Origin: Patescibacteria group bacterium | Lineage (GTDB): Bacteria > Patescibacteriota > Minisyncoccia > UBA6257 > HR35 | Direction of reading: 5' to 3' | NCBI GenBank assembly: GCA_025060575.1 | Contig: JANXBL010000002.1 | Coordinates: 1-53,965 of the forward strand | Length of the DNA: 53,965 nt | Shown here: positions 1 to 8,743 of the stretch, one piece after another | Position numbering within the stretch: the first letter of the stretch is position 1 | Layout of the letters: each line of letters starts with the position of its first letter | Notes under the pieces: model-generated | Databases searched by the model: none | What the model saw: the letters and a program-made list of their open reading frames with translations, nothing else | What the model was told of the DNA's origin: nothing | Translations under genes and position numbers: made by a program

Positions 1-76
1 TAGCTTGAAAAGTAGCTGAAATATCACCAGATCTAACATTTCTTAATAATTCTGAAGGAGAAGGAAAGTTTGGCAT
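1..76 (-). CDS. 5' end of an unidentified gene running off the window edge (MPNFPSPSELLRNVRSGDISATFQA...)
   Basis: Manual reverse-complement translation. ATG at 76-74, open through position 1. It lies 9 nt after the stop of the 369-aa ORF and on the same strand as the operon. Confidence 0.3.
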   Translation of the reverse strand, partial: MPNFPSPSELLRNVRSGDISATFQA

Positions 77-85
77 TTATGCTTA

Positions 86-1195
86 TTAATCAATTTTCAT
101 TGCATAGATACCAGCATCTAATCTGTTCCAAAAAATAATCTTAGAATTTACTAATTTTGGCCGTATCATATCTACTTTGACCTCAATTTCTATTTCCTTA
201 ACTATTTCATTTTTTTCTGGATCAAATACAACAACTTTATTATCATAGTTTTCTCCCATTAAATACCAATTATCAAAATCAAAATTATTAGACACAGCGC
301 AGACTAAAAATCTATCGAAAGTACATTTTTCTTGAACAGTTCTCCAATCAAAATTAAACCTATTTTCCCTGGTTTTAAAATCTATGATTCTACTGCCATT
401 CTGATTAGACACAAAGATCAAATCTTTATTTGACTGGCTTACTAAAAGAGAATAGTTTTCAGCTGGTTCTAAAAATAATGAAAGAAATGAAGGAGATTTA
501 ATATTCAGAATAAAAACTGGCGACGTTCCCCTTTTTTGATAGATCAAAATTTTATCAGGAGGTAAAAAATTCAATTCAGCGTTCAATATTCCTAAATTTC
601 TAATTTTTGTTATCTTACCTTCCCTAAAGTAGGCAAGATACGAAATTGACTTATCATCATTATAATGAATAATTAAGTCTTTATCGGTAAAAACAAAATT
701 TTTTGTCGTGCCAGGTAAAGTATATAGCTTATCATCTTTTATGTTAATTAGATTAAGACGATCAACTCGAATAACCATTTTCGATTTATCAGGAGAAAGG
801 AATGCCTTTTGAAAATCAATAACTTTATAAAGTTCTTGATAGGTTTCATCTTCTAAATTAATGACTTTTATAACAGCATCATCGTAGTCATAAACATAAA
901 GATTAGGATAGTCTAAATCTAGATAAAAAACTGCTTCGTTAATAACTGGTTGGAAAATAGATTTTTGCTGAGTTATATCAACTAATTTTGAATCTCCATT
1001 AGTTTTTTGATCTTGCCTTTTGTCATCTTCTCCGAGAATAGGCGTAGGTATGTTCTTATCTTCATTAGACCCTCGTTCAATAAATGGAGTTGACTTATTA
1101 TTTCTTGAGCCAAAATAACCTATCAAAACTATAATTATGAAAATTAGCAATAGTGCTATTCCTCCAATAATGATTATTTTTTTCTTCTGATCCAT
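86..1195 (-). CDS. Membrane-anchored extracytoplasmic protein of unknown family (one N-terminal TM helix, then a beta-rich domain), part of the VirB4 operon
   Basis: 369-aa ORF with ATG start. The hydrophobic stretch IIIIGGIALLLIFIIIVLIGYF follows a KKK motif. The rest is rich in short alternating hydrophobic/polar stretches. It starts 2 nt after the upstream ORF. Confidence 0.55.
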   Translation of the reverse strand: MDQKKKIIIIGGIALLLIFIIIVLIGYFGSRNNKSTPFIERGSNEDKNIPTPILGEDDKRQDQKTNGDSKLVDITQQKSIFQPVINEAVFYLDLDYPNLYVYDYDDAVIKVINLEDETYQELYKVIDFQKAFLSPDKSKMVIRVDRLNLINIKDDKLYTLPGTTKNFVFTDKDLIIHYNDDKSISYLAYFREGKITKIRNLGILNAELNFLPPDKILIYQKRGTSPVFILNIKSPSFLSLFLEPAENYSLLVSQSNKDLIFVSNQNGSRIIDFKTRENRFNFDWRTVQEKCTFDRFLVCAVSNNFDFDNWYLMGENYDNKVVVFDPEKNEIVKEIEIEVKVDMIRPKLVNSKIIFWNRLDAGIYAMKID

Positions 1196-1197
1196 AA

Positions 1198-1857
1198 CTA
1201 AAAACGGATAGGTTTAATTTCCATCGCTTTCTCGTTTAATTTTGAAAACACTTGTAACTTAAGAATACCTGAACGAGAATTTAAATCTTCATAACTAATA
1301 TCTCTTTTATTCGAGATAAACCCTTCATTAAGATACCACATTACCCGGTCAGGAGGAGAAATGAAGTTCTCAAACTTAAAAGTAAGTATATCGTTAGAAG
1401 CTAACTGACCATCAAAGGGTAAAGTTAAACCACCTGATATTTTGACCATTTTTAATCTTGGTTCCGGTAAGACTATATCTTGACGAAAAGTGTAAAGAGG
1501 CTGATCTCTGCCCAGCAAGGGATAGACACTAACTTCAACACTAAAGTTATTAAATCTAGAATTAAGCAAAAAGAAAACAACATTTGAATCCGATTGTTTA
1601 CTAATTTCTTCAGTATCCGTTTTGATTAACCATCGATAAACATAAGAACCTTCTTTATCGGTTAAGATTGTTTTGCCATTTTTAAAATTAATAATTTCTA
1701 CCCCGATCATAATTCCTTTTCTGATTGGTTGGTAAAAAAAATAAGCCATTGGTTCATCTTTTTCAGCCTTAGGCTTATCATACATAACTTGTCCAAATGC
1801 AATTGATAACCACAAAATTATCAAAACCAATATTGAAATTGCCTTAATTATTTTCAT
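1198..1857 (-). CDS. Secreted protein of unknown family (signal-peptide-like N-terminus), part of the VirB4 operon
   Basis: 219-aa ORF. N-terminus MKIIKAISILVLIILWLSIAFGQ resembles a signal peptide. Its ATG overlaps the VirB4 stop (ATGA at 1854-1857). Confidence 0.55.
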   Translation of the reverse strand: MKIIKAISILVLIILWLSIAFGQVMYDKPKAEKDEPMAYFFYQPIRKGIMIGVEIINFKNGKTILTDKEGSYVYRWLIKTDTEEISKQSDSNVVFFLLNSRFNNFSVEVSVYPLLGRDQPLYTFRQDIVLPEPRLKMVKISGGLTLPFDGQLASNDILTFKFENFISPPDRVMWYLNEGFISNKRDISYEDLNSRSGILKLQVFSKLNEKAMEIKPIRF

Positions 1858-3665
1858 TTTTGAAAAGATTCTTTAGCCTTTTTTAAAGCTATTAATTGCT
1901 CTGGCCTTGTTCTAATTATTTGATCTTCAGCATAGGAAGCTAAGACATAAACAGGTATTTTTTTTGTGCCGATCACTAATAAACCTTCGCCTCTTTCTGC
2001 TTGAAGTAAAAATTGCTTTTCACCTTCTGATAAAACAAAAATGCTTCCACAGAGATCAATTGTTGCCGGCGATTGTTTCATTAAAAAAGCAATGGCTGAG
2101 TTAGTAATAACTGGACGACCAAAAGGAGAACTTAAAAAGTCCTCCACATCTTGAGTAATCGTCGTTAAAGCTAAATTATATTTTCTTCCTCTCTTGATAG
2201 CATTTAATAAAAACTCGGCAGCAAAATCTTGACGCATCACCCACCAAGCTTCATCAATAATCACTAATCTTTTCTTCAACTCTCTTCTTATTCTGTTCAT
2301 AACATAGCTTAATATAACAAACATTCCTATAGGTCTTAAAATTTCCGGCAAGTCTTTAATTCCAAAAACCATAATCCTTTTGTTTAGTTCAACTGTTGTC
2401 TGTCTATTAACAAAACCGCTAAAGTTACCTTGAGTAAAGGGATAAAATTTAGCAGCTATTTCATCACCTCCGGTAATACTCCTTAAAATTCTTTCCAAGT
2501 CATTAAGAGTTGGAAAGGCTTTGGCCTGGGAAAAATCACGGTCAGGCAAAATGTTAAAGGAAGCATAAGTCTGATTAATCGCTTGATCTAAAATTGCTAA
2601 TTGTTCAGCTGAAAGTTTTTCACCAATAATAAGTTGACAAAAAGAGATAAGATCAGCTACATGCTCCTTATAGATATCAAGCGGATCTTCATTCTCTAAT
2701 ACCTTGGGCAAATCGAAAGGGTTAAAACCATATTCCGACTTAAGAGAAACCGGGATAAAAGAGCCTCCATAAAGCTCAGCAATGTTTTGATACTCATTTT
2801 CTGGATCAAGGATAAAAACATCTGTTCCCATCATTAAATTTCTCATCACTTCAAGCTTAGTAGTATAAGACTTACCCGCTCCTGAACGAGCCAAAATTAC
2901 CATATGAGGATTTTCATAGGTAAAACGATCAAGAATTACAAAACCAGCATTTTGAAGATTAACACCAAAAAATATTCCTGATTCACTAACCAATTCTGAA
3001 GATATAAACGGAAAACTAGTGGCAGCAGTGGATGAATTTAAAGGGTAATTAGTTTTGATTAAATCCATGGCTAAAGGCAAAGTAGTAAAAAAAGCATCTT
3101 TTTGTTGGAACATTATTGTTTTAGGAATAAAAAGCTCGCTTTCTAGAATTTTTAATACTTTTTGAGTTTTTATATCTAATTCCTTCTTATCATTGGCAAA
3201 AATAGTAATATACAGACCAACTTCCAACATTTTTTCTTGGGCTTGTACGAGAAGATCTCTCAATTGTTCGATGTTTTGGTAGGCAGCTTCTAATTCTGGC
3301 GATCTTACTTTATGAGCACTTTCTCGCTCTGATATTTGAGCCATAACTGATGCTAACTGTTTTTCCAATTTTTTTAGCGAAGATTTAGTCTCTAGAGGCG
3401 AAAAATATAAACTAAGATTAAAACTTTCATCTAAGTTTATTAGCCTTTCTAGCCAACCAGAAAAAAGAAAAGAGGGATATTCCAAGATTAATAATGATCT
3501 ACCATAGATGTTGCCTATCTGAAAATAATCTGTGTTAAATTCAGCTCCCGGCGGGGCAATTAATTCCTTGATCTTATCAAAAACAGACAGTTCTTCAATT
3601 TTGGCTATCTTTTCGGTTTGATCACTTTTCTTTTTATTTAAAAATGGTAATTTTATTGGCAACAT
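1854..3665 (-). CDS. virB4: VirB4/TrbE/TraC-family type IV secretion ATPase, middle and C-terminal ATPase part
   Basis: Walker A in ILARSGAGKSYTTK (about residue 261). Walker B with the VirB4-typical DEAW in RLVIIDEAWWVM. Upstream region (YPSFLFSGWLERL, coiled segment, FANDKKEL) resembles Gram-positive VirB4 (TrsE/PrgJ/Orf16-like) middle domains. Confidence 0.8.
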   Translation of the reverse strand: MLPIKLPFLNKKKSDQTEKIAKIEELSVFDKIKELIAPPGAEFNTDYFQIGNIYGRSLLILEYPSFLFSGWLERLINLDESFNLSLYFSPLETKSSLKKLEKQLASVMAQISERESAHKVRSPELEAAYQNIEQLRDLLVQAQEKMLEVGLYITIFANDKKELDIKTQKVLKILESELFIPKTIMFQQKDAFFTTLPLAMDLIKTNYPLNSSTAATSFPFISSELVSESGIFFGVNLQNAGFVILDRFTYENPHMVILARSGAGKSYTTKLEVMRNLMMGTDVFILDPENEYQNIAELYGGSFIPVSLKSEYGFNPFDLPKVLENEDPLDIYKEHVADLISFCQLIIGEKLSAEQLAILDQAINQTYASFNILPDRDFSQAKAFPTLNDLERILRSITGGDEIAAKFYPFTQGNFSGFVNRQTTVELNKRIMVFGIKDLPEILRPIGMFVILSYVMNRIRRELKKRLVIIDEAWWVMRQDFAAEFLLNAIKRGRKYNLALTTITQDVEDFLSSPFGRPVITNSAIAFLMKQSPATIDLCGSIFVLSEGEKQFLLQAERGEGLLVIGTKKIPVYVLASYAEDQIIRTRPEQLIALKKAKESFQK

Positions 3666-3666
3666 G

Positions 3667-4290
3667 CTAAATTGACTCGCTTAGTTTTTCAATAATCTTG
3701 TTGGGTATTTGACCCCATCTTAAATTAGGATTGTAAAGTTCAAAAAGAAGCTTAACCAATTCTTGATCTGTCAAGCGCTCAACCGATAGACCAATTGATA
3801 ACAATGACTCCTGAACATAAGACACTCTAATTTCTAATTGATTTATTTTTACTTCAACATCTTCATCAACTGCGCCCTTAATCTTTGATTTTACTCCCAA
3901 CCCGATGCTTACCGAATCATAAGGAACAATAACGTAAAAAATTTTCTTCATAATTTTATGATTCTCAAGATAATCCTCGAGAAAACTGATATACTCCTCT
4001 AATTGAAATTTTATTAATGGTTCAGTCTCTTGCTCTAATCGAAGATGAAGAATTTTCAAATAATCATTAATGTTCTCTAATCGAGAAAGAATTAAAACCT
4101 CCACAGGAAATTCTAAACCATCTAAGAAATTTTTAAATTGTCCGATGATAATTTCCTGTTCCTTTTCGGACATTAGGGAAAAATTTAAACCACCTATATT
4201 TAGAACCGCTCTCAATCCTCCATTATCCAAAAAATAAATATTGTTTTTGATCTCCTTAACTTTGATAAGATAAAAAGTTGGCAGATTCAT
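3667..4290 (-). CDS. VirB4 N-terminal-domain-like protein, encoded as a separate ORF
   Basis: 207 aa. The segment IYFLDNGGLRAVLNIGGLNFSLMSEKEQEIIIGQFKNFLDGLEFPVEVLILSR matches the usual N-terminal pattern of Gram-positive VirB4 proteins. Its stop TAG (3669-3667) lies 1 nt before the virB4 ATG, in a different frame. Confidence 0.55.
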   Translation of the reverse strand: MNLPTFYLIKVKEIKNNIYFLDNGGLRAVLNIGGLNFSLMSEKEQEIIIGQFKNFLDGLEFPVEVLILSRLENINDYLKILHLRLEQETEPLIKFQLEEYISFLEDYLENHKIMKKIFYVIVPYDSVSIGLGVKSKIKGAVDEDVEVKINQLEIRVSYVQESLLSIGLSVERLTDQELVKLLFELYNPNLRWGQIPNKIIEKLSESI

Positions 4291-4856
4291 TTTAGCGTTC
4301 GATAGAATTTAACATAAGGAAAAAGTCGATAAGGATTTCTAGGATTGATTATGTGGCGGTGAAATATTCGATTAATTTTTTCTGTCTGTTCTGAAATGGG
4401 AGCTGTTAAAGAAATGCTAACTTCTTCTTTAAAATCGGGAGCCACTTCGGGATAACTTATTTCGAGCTTGGCCTCTTCTAAGCCTATGATTGCTTTCTTT
4501 TCTCGGGGTTTAATTTCCAGTATTTCAGCTTCAACATTTACTTCTTTAGGCAAAGAAACTTCCTCATATTTAATCTTAGTAATTTTTTGCCAAACAAATC
4601 TTCTATTCCTCAAAAAATCAAAAAAATTAGGCAAAATGCTCATAAAAGGTTTACCATTAACATACAAAAAAGTCAAAACAAACGCTGAACCAAAGGAAAT
4701 CACGCCAACAATTAAACCTAATAATGAACTAAGTCTAAAAGCAGAAAAGCTTATTAAAAAAGCTCCCAAGAGAGCAAAAAGCTGTTTGAAAGTCACCAAA
4801 CCAGCTAATTTATCTTCAATGGTAATAAATTTAGGTACAGGAAATCTTTCCGGCAT
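4287..4856 (-). CDS. PrgI/VirB3-like small membrane protein
   Basis: 189 aa. The N-terminus PVPKFITIEDKLAGLVTFKQLFALLGAFLISF followed by two TM helices fits the PrgI-family pattern. ATGA overlap with the next ORF. Confidence 0.55.
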   Translation of the reverse strand: MPERFPVPKFITIEDKLAGLVTFKQLFALLGAFLISFSAFRLSSLLGLIVGVISFGSAFVLTFLYVNGKPFMSILPNFFDFLRNRRFVWQKITKIKYEEVSLPKEVNVEAEILEIKPREKKAIIGLEEAKLEISYPEVAPDFKEEVSISLTAPISEQTEKINRIFHRHIINPRNPYRLFPYVKFYRTLK

Positions 4857-4872
4857 ATCATTTATAATTTTA

Positions 4873-5712
4873 TTATAAGTTAGATAAATCTAAAAATTTT
4901 TCTTCTGAACTTTGGTCTTCCTTTTTGCGAACAATAACAATATCTTCATCCTTTTTTTCATATTCCTCCGAAGATGATAATTGATCAGTAGCGGTAGACT
5001 CTTGTGGTTGTGTACCATTTAAAAGTGGTGATTCGAGTTGTTCATCAGACAAAATCTCCTGAGCCTCTCCTCCTTGAACCTGCTGTTTAATGGTTGGTGT
5101 TAATACATTATCAGCTAAAGATTCATTAGTTTCTTGATAAGGAATATCTAAATTATTCTGCTGATTATCAACGTCTTTTTCTAATTCTTCAACCGTTTTC
5201 TCTTCTTCTAGTGTTTCGCTTAATTGAGGTAGTTCTTTTTGTCTAAACTCAGTCTCAGAGGAAATTGTATTCATACTCACCCCTTCATTATTTATCATAC
5301 TCTCTAACTTATTTTCCTCTTTAGCTTGCTGTCTCTCTTCTGGAAATTTAACTAAATTGGCCATAATTTCTAAATATCTTCTTTCTTTCTCGTCGCTAAT
5401 GTTCAGAGACTTCAATTCTGTTTCTGGCTTAGTCTGCCAAAGTTCTATTCTCTGCTTATCAAAATTTTGGAATACAAATTCAACAATTTTATCTCTTTCT
5501 GTATCATCAAAATTGATAAGTATTTCTTTTGACTTATTCTCACTTTCTTCCTTTGACCAATTTTCTCTAAACCAACCATCAAAAAATTTAAAAATCTCGG
5601 CAAATTTTATAAAACTTTCATTACTTTTGATGTTAAAATTTTCAACAACAAGCAGAAATTCATCATAAAACTCATCGCTCAGTAAAAAGTTAATAATTTT
5701 TTCTGGCGGCAT
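4873..5712 (-). CDS. Cytoplasmic, highly acidic protein with a long low-complexity E/D/Q/S-rich C-terminal half, unknown family
   Basis: The ORF track starts at a TTG (5721); the first ATG is at 5712. No TM segment. About 130 N-terminal residues look folded and the remainder is acidic and disordered-looking. Confidence 0.5.
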   Translation of the reverse strand: MPPEKIINFLLSDEFYDEFLLVVENFNIKSNESFIKFAEIFKFFDGWFRENWSKEESENKSKEILINFDDTERDKIVEFVFQNFDKQRIELWQTKPETELKSLNISDEKERRYLEIMANLVKFPEERQQAKEENKLESMINNEGVSMNTISSETEFRQKELPQLSETLEEEKTVEELEKDVDNQQNNLDIPYQETNESLADNVLTPTIKQQVQGGEAQEILSDEQLESPLLNGTQPQESTATDQLSSSEEYEKKDEDIVIVRKKEDQSSEEKFLDLSNL

Positions 5713-5907
5713 GATTAGCAATTAAATTTTCTTAGTCCAAAGATCGAATATTATCAACTTTAATTTTACCTAAATAATTGATTATTATTATGAAATTGAT
5801 AATCTCTTAGCAAAACTTTTCATCAAATTTATTGACCTAAACCGATAATCTTATTATTAATAAATTAAATATCCACAAAAGTAAGAAAGTTAACTTAATA
5901 AAAGCTA

Positions 5908-8640
5908 CTAGCCCCTTGCAGTTATGATAGTAGGACCACCGCCTCTAGCAGCCTCACTCAAAGCATCTCTTATTTGCGTCAAGTTATATGTATTTAAGTT
6001 ATTGATTAAAGCATAATTTGCCTCTAGACTAGAAGCACTTTGAGGGCTAAGTCTTCTTACCGCTTCAGCAAAAGCATTGATAGCAGTCTGATCTAAATTA
6101 CTAATTAACCTAGCATATTCTGCATTTATCATGCTCTGAAGCAATCTAGTAATCGCTTCTTCACTTAATCTTGAAAATGCTCTTGCTTGAACTTGAGCAC
6201 TTCTTTGAGAAATTTCTGATAGGTAATTTCTAAGCTGATTTAAATCCTGTGATATAGATTCAATAATACTTCTCGGCATACCTAATCTCCTTTTCTGCTC
6301 ATCTGTTAAAGCTGCGTCAAGAATATTTTCATCAATTATGCTCATTAAATTTCTTATTTCTTGATCTGAAAATCTACCTAATAAATTAGGTTGAGCATTA
6401 AATATGCGATTTAGTTCTCCTCTTATTAATGCTCTCTGCTGTTCTGATGCTAACCTTATTCCTCGGCTAATATTTTCTGCGTTTCTTTCTAGTGCTTGAG
6501 ACCAAATTCTTTGTCTATCTTCATCGGCAAACTTAGAGCTTAAAAGTTGGTTAAGAGAACCACTTCTTCTAAAAACTTCTGAGGGTAAACTTGATAAAGC
6601 TTCAACTGCTCTATTAGCAGCCTCCTGAATGTTTTCAGTCAACAATGCTTCATATAAACCTCTCGTTGCTCTATTCATTGATCTTCGTATTGGTTCTAGG
6701 TTGGGATTAGCAACTAAATTATTTCTTAGGTTATCGTTCTCTAAAAGTTCAATAGCGTCGTCAGCGTCAATATCTCTTATCCTATTAGCCAAAGCATTAA
6801 CCGCGATTGGTGATAGATTGGCAATAGCATTAGCATAATCTCTGTCGGCCATATATTGAAGCACCCTTCTTCCAGTATCTTTGCTAAGTCTAGAAAATAT
6901 TCCTTCTTGAATCTCAGCATCCATCCTAGAGACCACTGATAAATACTCCCTAAAAGCATCTCTGTTTTCAGAAATTGCGTCAAGAGCATAACCACTTGTC
7001 TTAATGTTTTCCTTTACCATTTTCGCCACTTCTGGCTCTCTGTTTATTTGCTGTAATACACTGACCAAATTCCTAGTAGCTCGTTCCCTTTCTTCACTCG
7101 TTCTAGCTTTCTCTATTCTTTCATAAGCATCTTTAAGCATAAACCCAGCTGTTTCTGCTTTTTCACCATATGCCACTTTTTTCATACCCTCTGATGTTTT
7201 TTGCATCATTTGACTCATCCTATACATTCTTCTTCCCCACCAGCCCAATCCTGCTCTTCTTCCTAAAAATCCTCCCACTTTTTCGAGGCCAGAAGCAATT
7301 TTGCCTCTTAATGGTTTGGCAGTTAGACTAGCCATTTTCATTCCTGTCCAAGCTAATGCCCCAATACCAAATTTTTGAGCAATATCTCCAATTTTGCCTG
7401 ACATTCTTACAGCGGTAATTAAACTTATTAAAAACCATCCCAAAATAATTGTTAAGGAAACAATAAATTGCATAGTGGCAGTGAGATTGTTAACATTAGG
7501 GGTGCTAGCGAAAAAATTATTCCTTAAAATGATTCCTAAAACCATCATAATTCCAAAAACAGGCACTACCAATAACCAAGAAGAAACATACTTCAACCAA
7601 TTATCAAAAGTATTACTTACCATTGAAGTTAAAGCACCAAAAGGAGGTTTGAATTTAGGAAAGGCTAAAGTAGCCACGGCGAATGAAGATACTGCCACTA
7701 AAAAAGTCAAAATTAGATATCTGGCTAAAGCGATAGCGGACAAAACAACTAAAGAAACAAAAATTATCATAGCAAAACCAACATAGAATAAGCTAACCCC
7801 AATTGCCACAAATGATTTCCTAAGAGCTTCGATATTTTCAGGTTCAAGCTTTGTTGTTGGTTGACCAATTTTATTTGACATCTGATTAGCCGATAGTGAG
7901 CTATCATCAACAAGTCTGTTTATTTCATTAAGAACGTTTACGGTATCTTTTTCTCCCTTACTCCAAGAGGCAGAAGCAATTAATGAGCCTAAAGCAGCAA
8001 CTGCCGGTACATTTTCTACTGTACCGTCTGGCCGTCTAACTTCAACTTCTCCACTTATCCCATTTTCAATTGCTCTCACAATATAAAAGGCCTCTTTAAT
8101 AAAGAGATAGGTAAAATCAATAAAAAGAGCAACAATAATGATTGTGAAAATCAAACTCTTAGCTGAATTATCTTCCCCCAAAATCCATTGGAAACCAGCC
8201 GCTAATGCTGAAAAAACCAAAATAACATAAGAAAACGTCTTTAGAATTGACCATAATATTTCTGCTGGAGGACTTTTCCCAGGAATGGTATCAAAAGGAT
8301 TAAGAGCAAGAACCCTATCAGCAAAAGGACCGAGAAGATTTAAGTTAACATACATAATTAGAGCATGTAAAAACCAACCAACGTATTTTAGGATAAAGGC
8401 GATTATTTCAACTATTTGTGCTACCAGGCCAATAATAAAGTCTTGAGGATTTGCTAAGACTGATGTAACCTTATATGTCGACCATATGGCAGGAGAAATC
8501 AAAAACCCATATTGATCAAAAAAGCTTATTGCCCTAGCCAAAAGACCCTGATTAGATTCTTGGCTGCCTTGAGCTCTGACAAAAAATGAAAACGCTAATA
8601 AGAATAATAAAATTGTTAATAAAAATAATCTACTATTCAT
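5908..8640 (-). CDS. Large polytopic membrane protein, VirB6/TrbL-like in architecture, with a C-terminal soluble helical domain of about 495 aa
   Basis: 910 aa. Signal-like N-terminus (LLFLLAFSFFVRAQG) and many hydrophobic helices up to about residue 415. The tail is Arg/Glu/Asn-rich, helical, and contains an internal duplication. Confidence 0.5.
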   Translation of the reverse strand: MNSRLFLLTILLFLLAFSFFVRAQGSQESNQGLLARAISFFDQYGFLISPAIWSTYKVTSVLANPQDFIIGLVAQIVEIIAFILKYVGWFLHALIMYVNLNLLGPFADRVLALNPFDTIPGKSPPAEILWSILKTFSYVILVFSALAAGFQWILGEDNSAKSLIFTIIIVALFIDFTYLFIKEAFYIVRAIENGISGEVEVRRPDGTVENVPAVAALGSLIASASWSKGEKDTVNVLNEINRLVDDSSLSANQMSNKIGQPTTKLEPENIEALRKSFVAIGVSLFYVGFAMIIFVSLVVLSAIALARYLILTFLVAVSSFAVATLAFPKFKPPFGALTSMVSNTFDNWLKYVSSWLLVVPVFGIMMVLGIILRNNFFASTPNVNNLTATMQFIVSLTIILGWFLISLITAVRMSGKIGDIAQKFGIGALAWTGMKMASLTAKPLRGKIASGLEKVGGFLGRRAGLGWWGRRMYRMSQMMQKTSEGMKKVAYGEKAETAGFMLKDAYERIEKARTSEERERATRNLVSVLQQINREPEVAKMVKENIKTSGYALDAISENRDAFREYLSVVSRMDAEIQEGIFSRLSKDTGRRVLQYMADRDYANAIANLSPIAVNALANRIRDIDADDAIELLENDNLRNNLVANPNLEPIRRSMNRATRGLYEALLTENIQEAANRAVEALSSLPSEVFRRSGSLNQLLSSKFADEDRQRIWSQALERNAENISRGIRLASEQQRALIRGELNRIFNAQPNLLGRFSDQEIRNLMSIIDENILDAALTDEQKRRLGMPRSIIESISQDLNQLRNYLSEISQRSAQVQARAFSRLSEEAITRLLQSMINAEYARLISNLDQTAINAFAEAVRRLSPQSASSLEANYALINNLNTYNLTQIRDALSEAARGGGPTIITARG
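5941..6234 (-). repeat. Intragenic protein-level repeat, copy 2 (residues about 803-900 of the 910-aa protein)
   Basis: LRNYLSEISQRSAQVQARAFSRLSEEAITRLLQSMINAEYARLISNLDQTAINAFAEAVR... Shared positions with copy 1 include FSRLS, LLQ.M, Y, NL, A.NA.A. Confidence 0.6.
6658..6954 (-). repeat. Intragenic protein-level repeat, copy 1 (residues about 563-661 of the 910-aa protein)
   Basis: FREYLSVVSRMDAEIQEGIFSRLSKDTGRRVLQYMADRDYANAIANLSPIAVNALANRIR... aligns by eye at roughly 40% identity with copy 2. Confidence 0.6.
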
Positions 8641-8743
8641 ATTTTATTAATAGTTATCATAATATACAGTAAAAAATTTATTTATTAATTTTTTTTTAAA
8701 AAAAATTTGTTAAAAATTGATATTTACTATGATTTTTGCATAT

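Noticed and set aside
4468-4878. 136-aa plus-strand ORF antisense to the PrgI-like gene. Similar antisense ORFs occur at 5357-5668, 6629-6838, 7394-7786, 11924-12136, 16891-17076, 20658-20936, 21960-22181, 27642-27905, 40824-41264, 47519-47896, 52709-52951 and 53009-53353.
   Set aside because: All lie wholly inside longer ORFs with clear family signatures on the other strand. Their translations are low-complexity, they have no promoter or RBS context, and they are best explained as shadow ORFs.
5870-5878. DnaA-box-like ATATCCACA in the intergenic region upstream of the acidic-protein gene
   Set aside because: It is a single one-mismatch 9-mer far from dnaA. A chance occurrence is plausible and there is no cluster.
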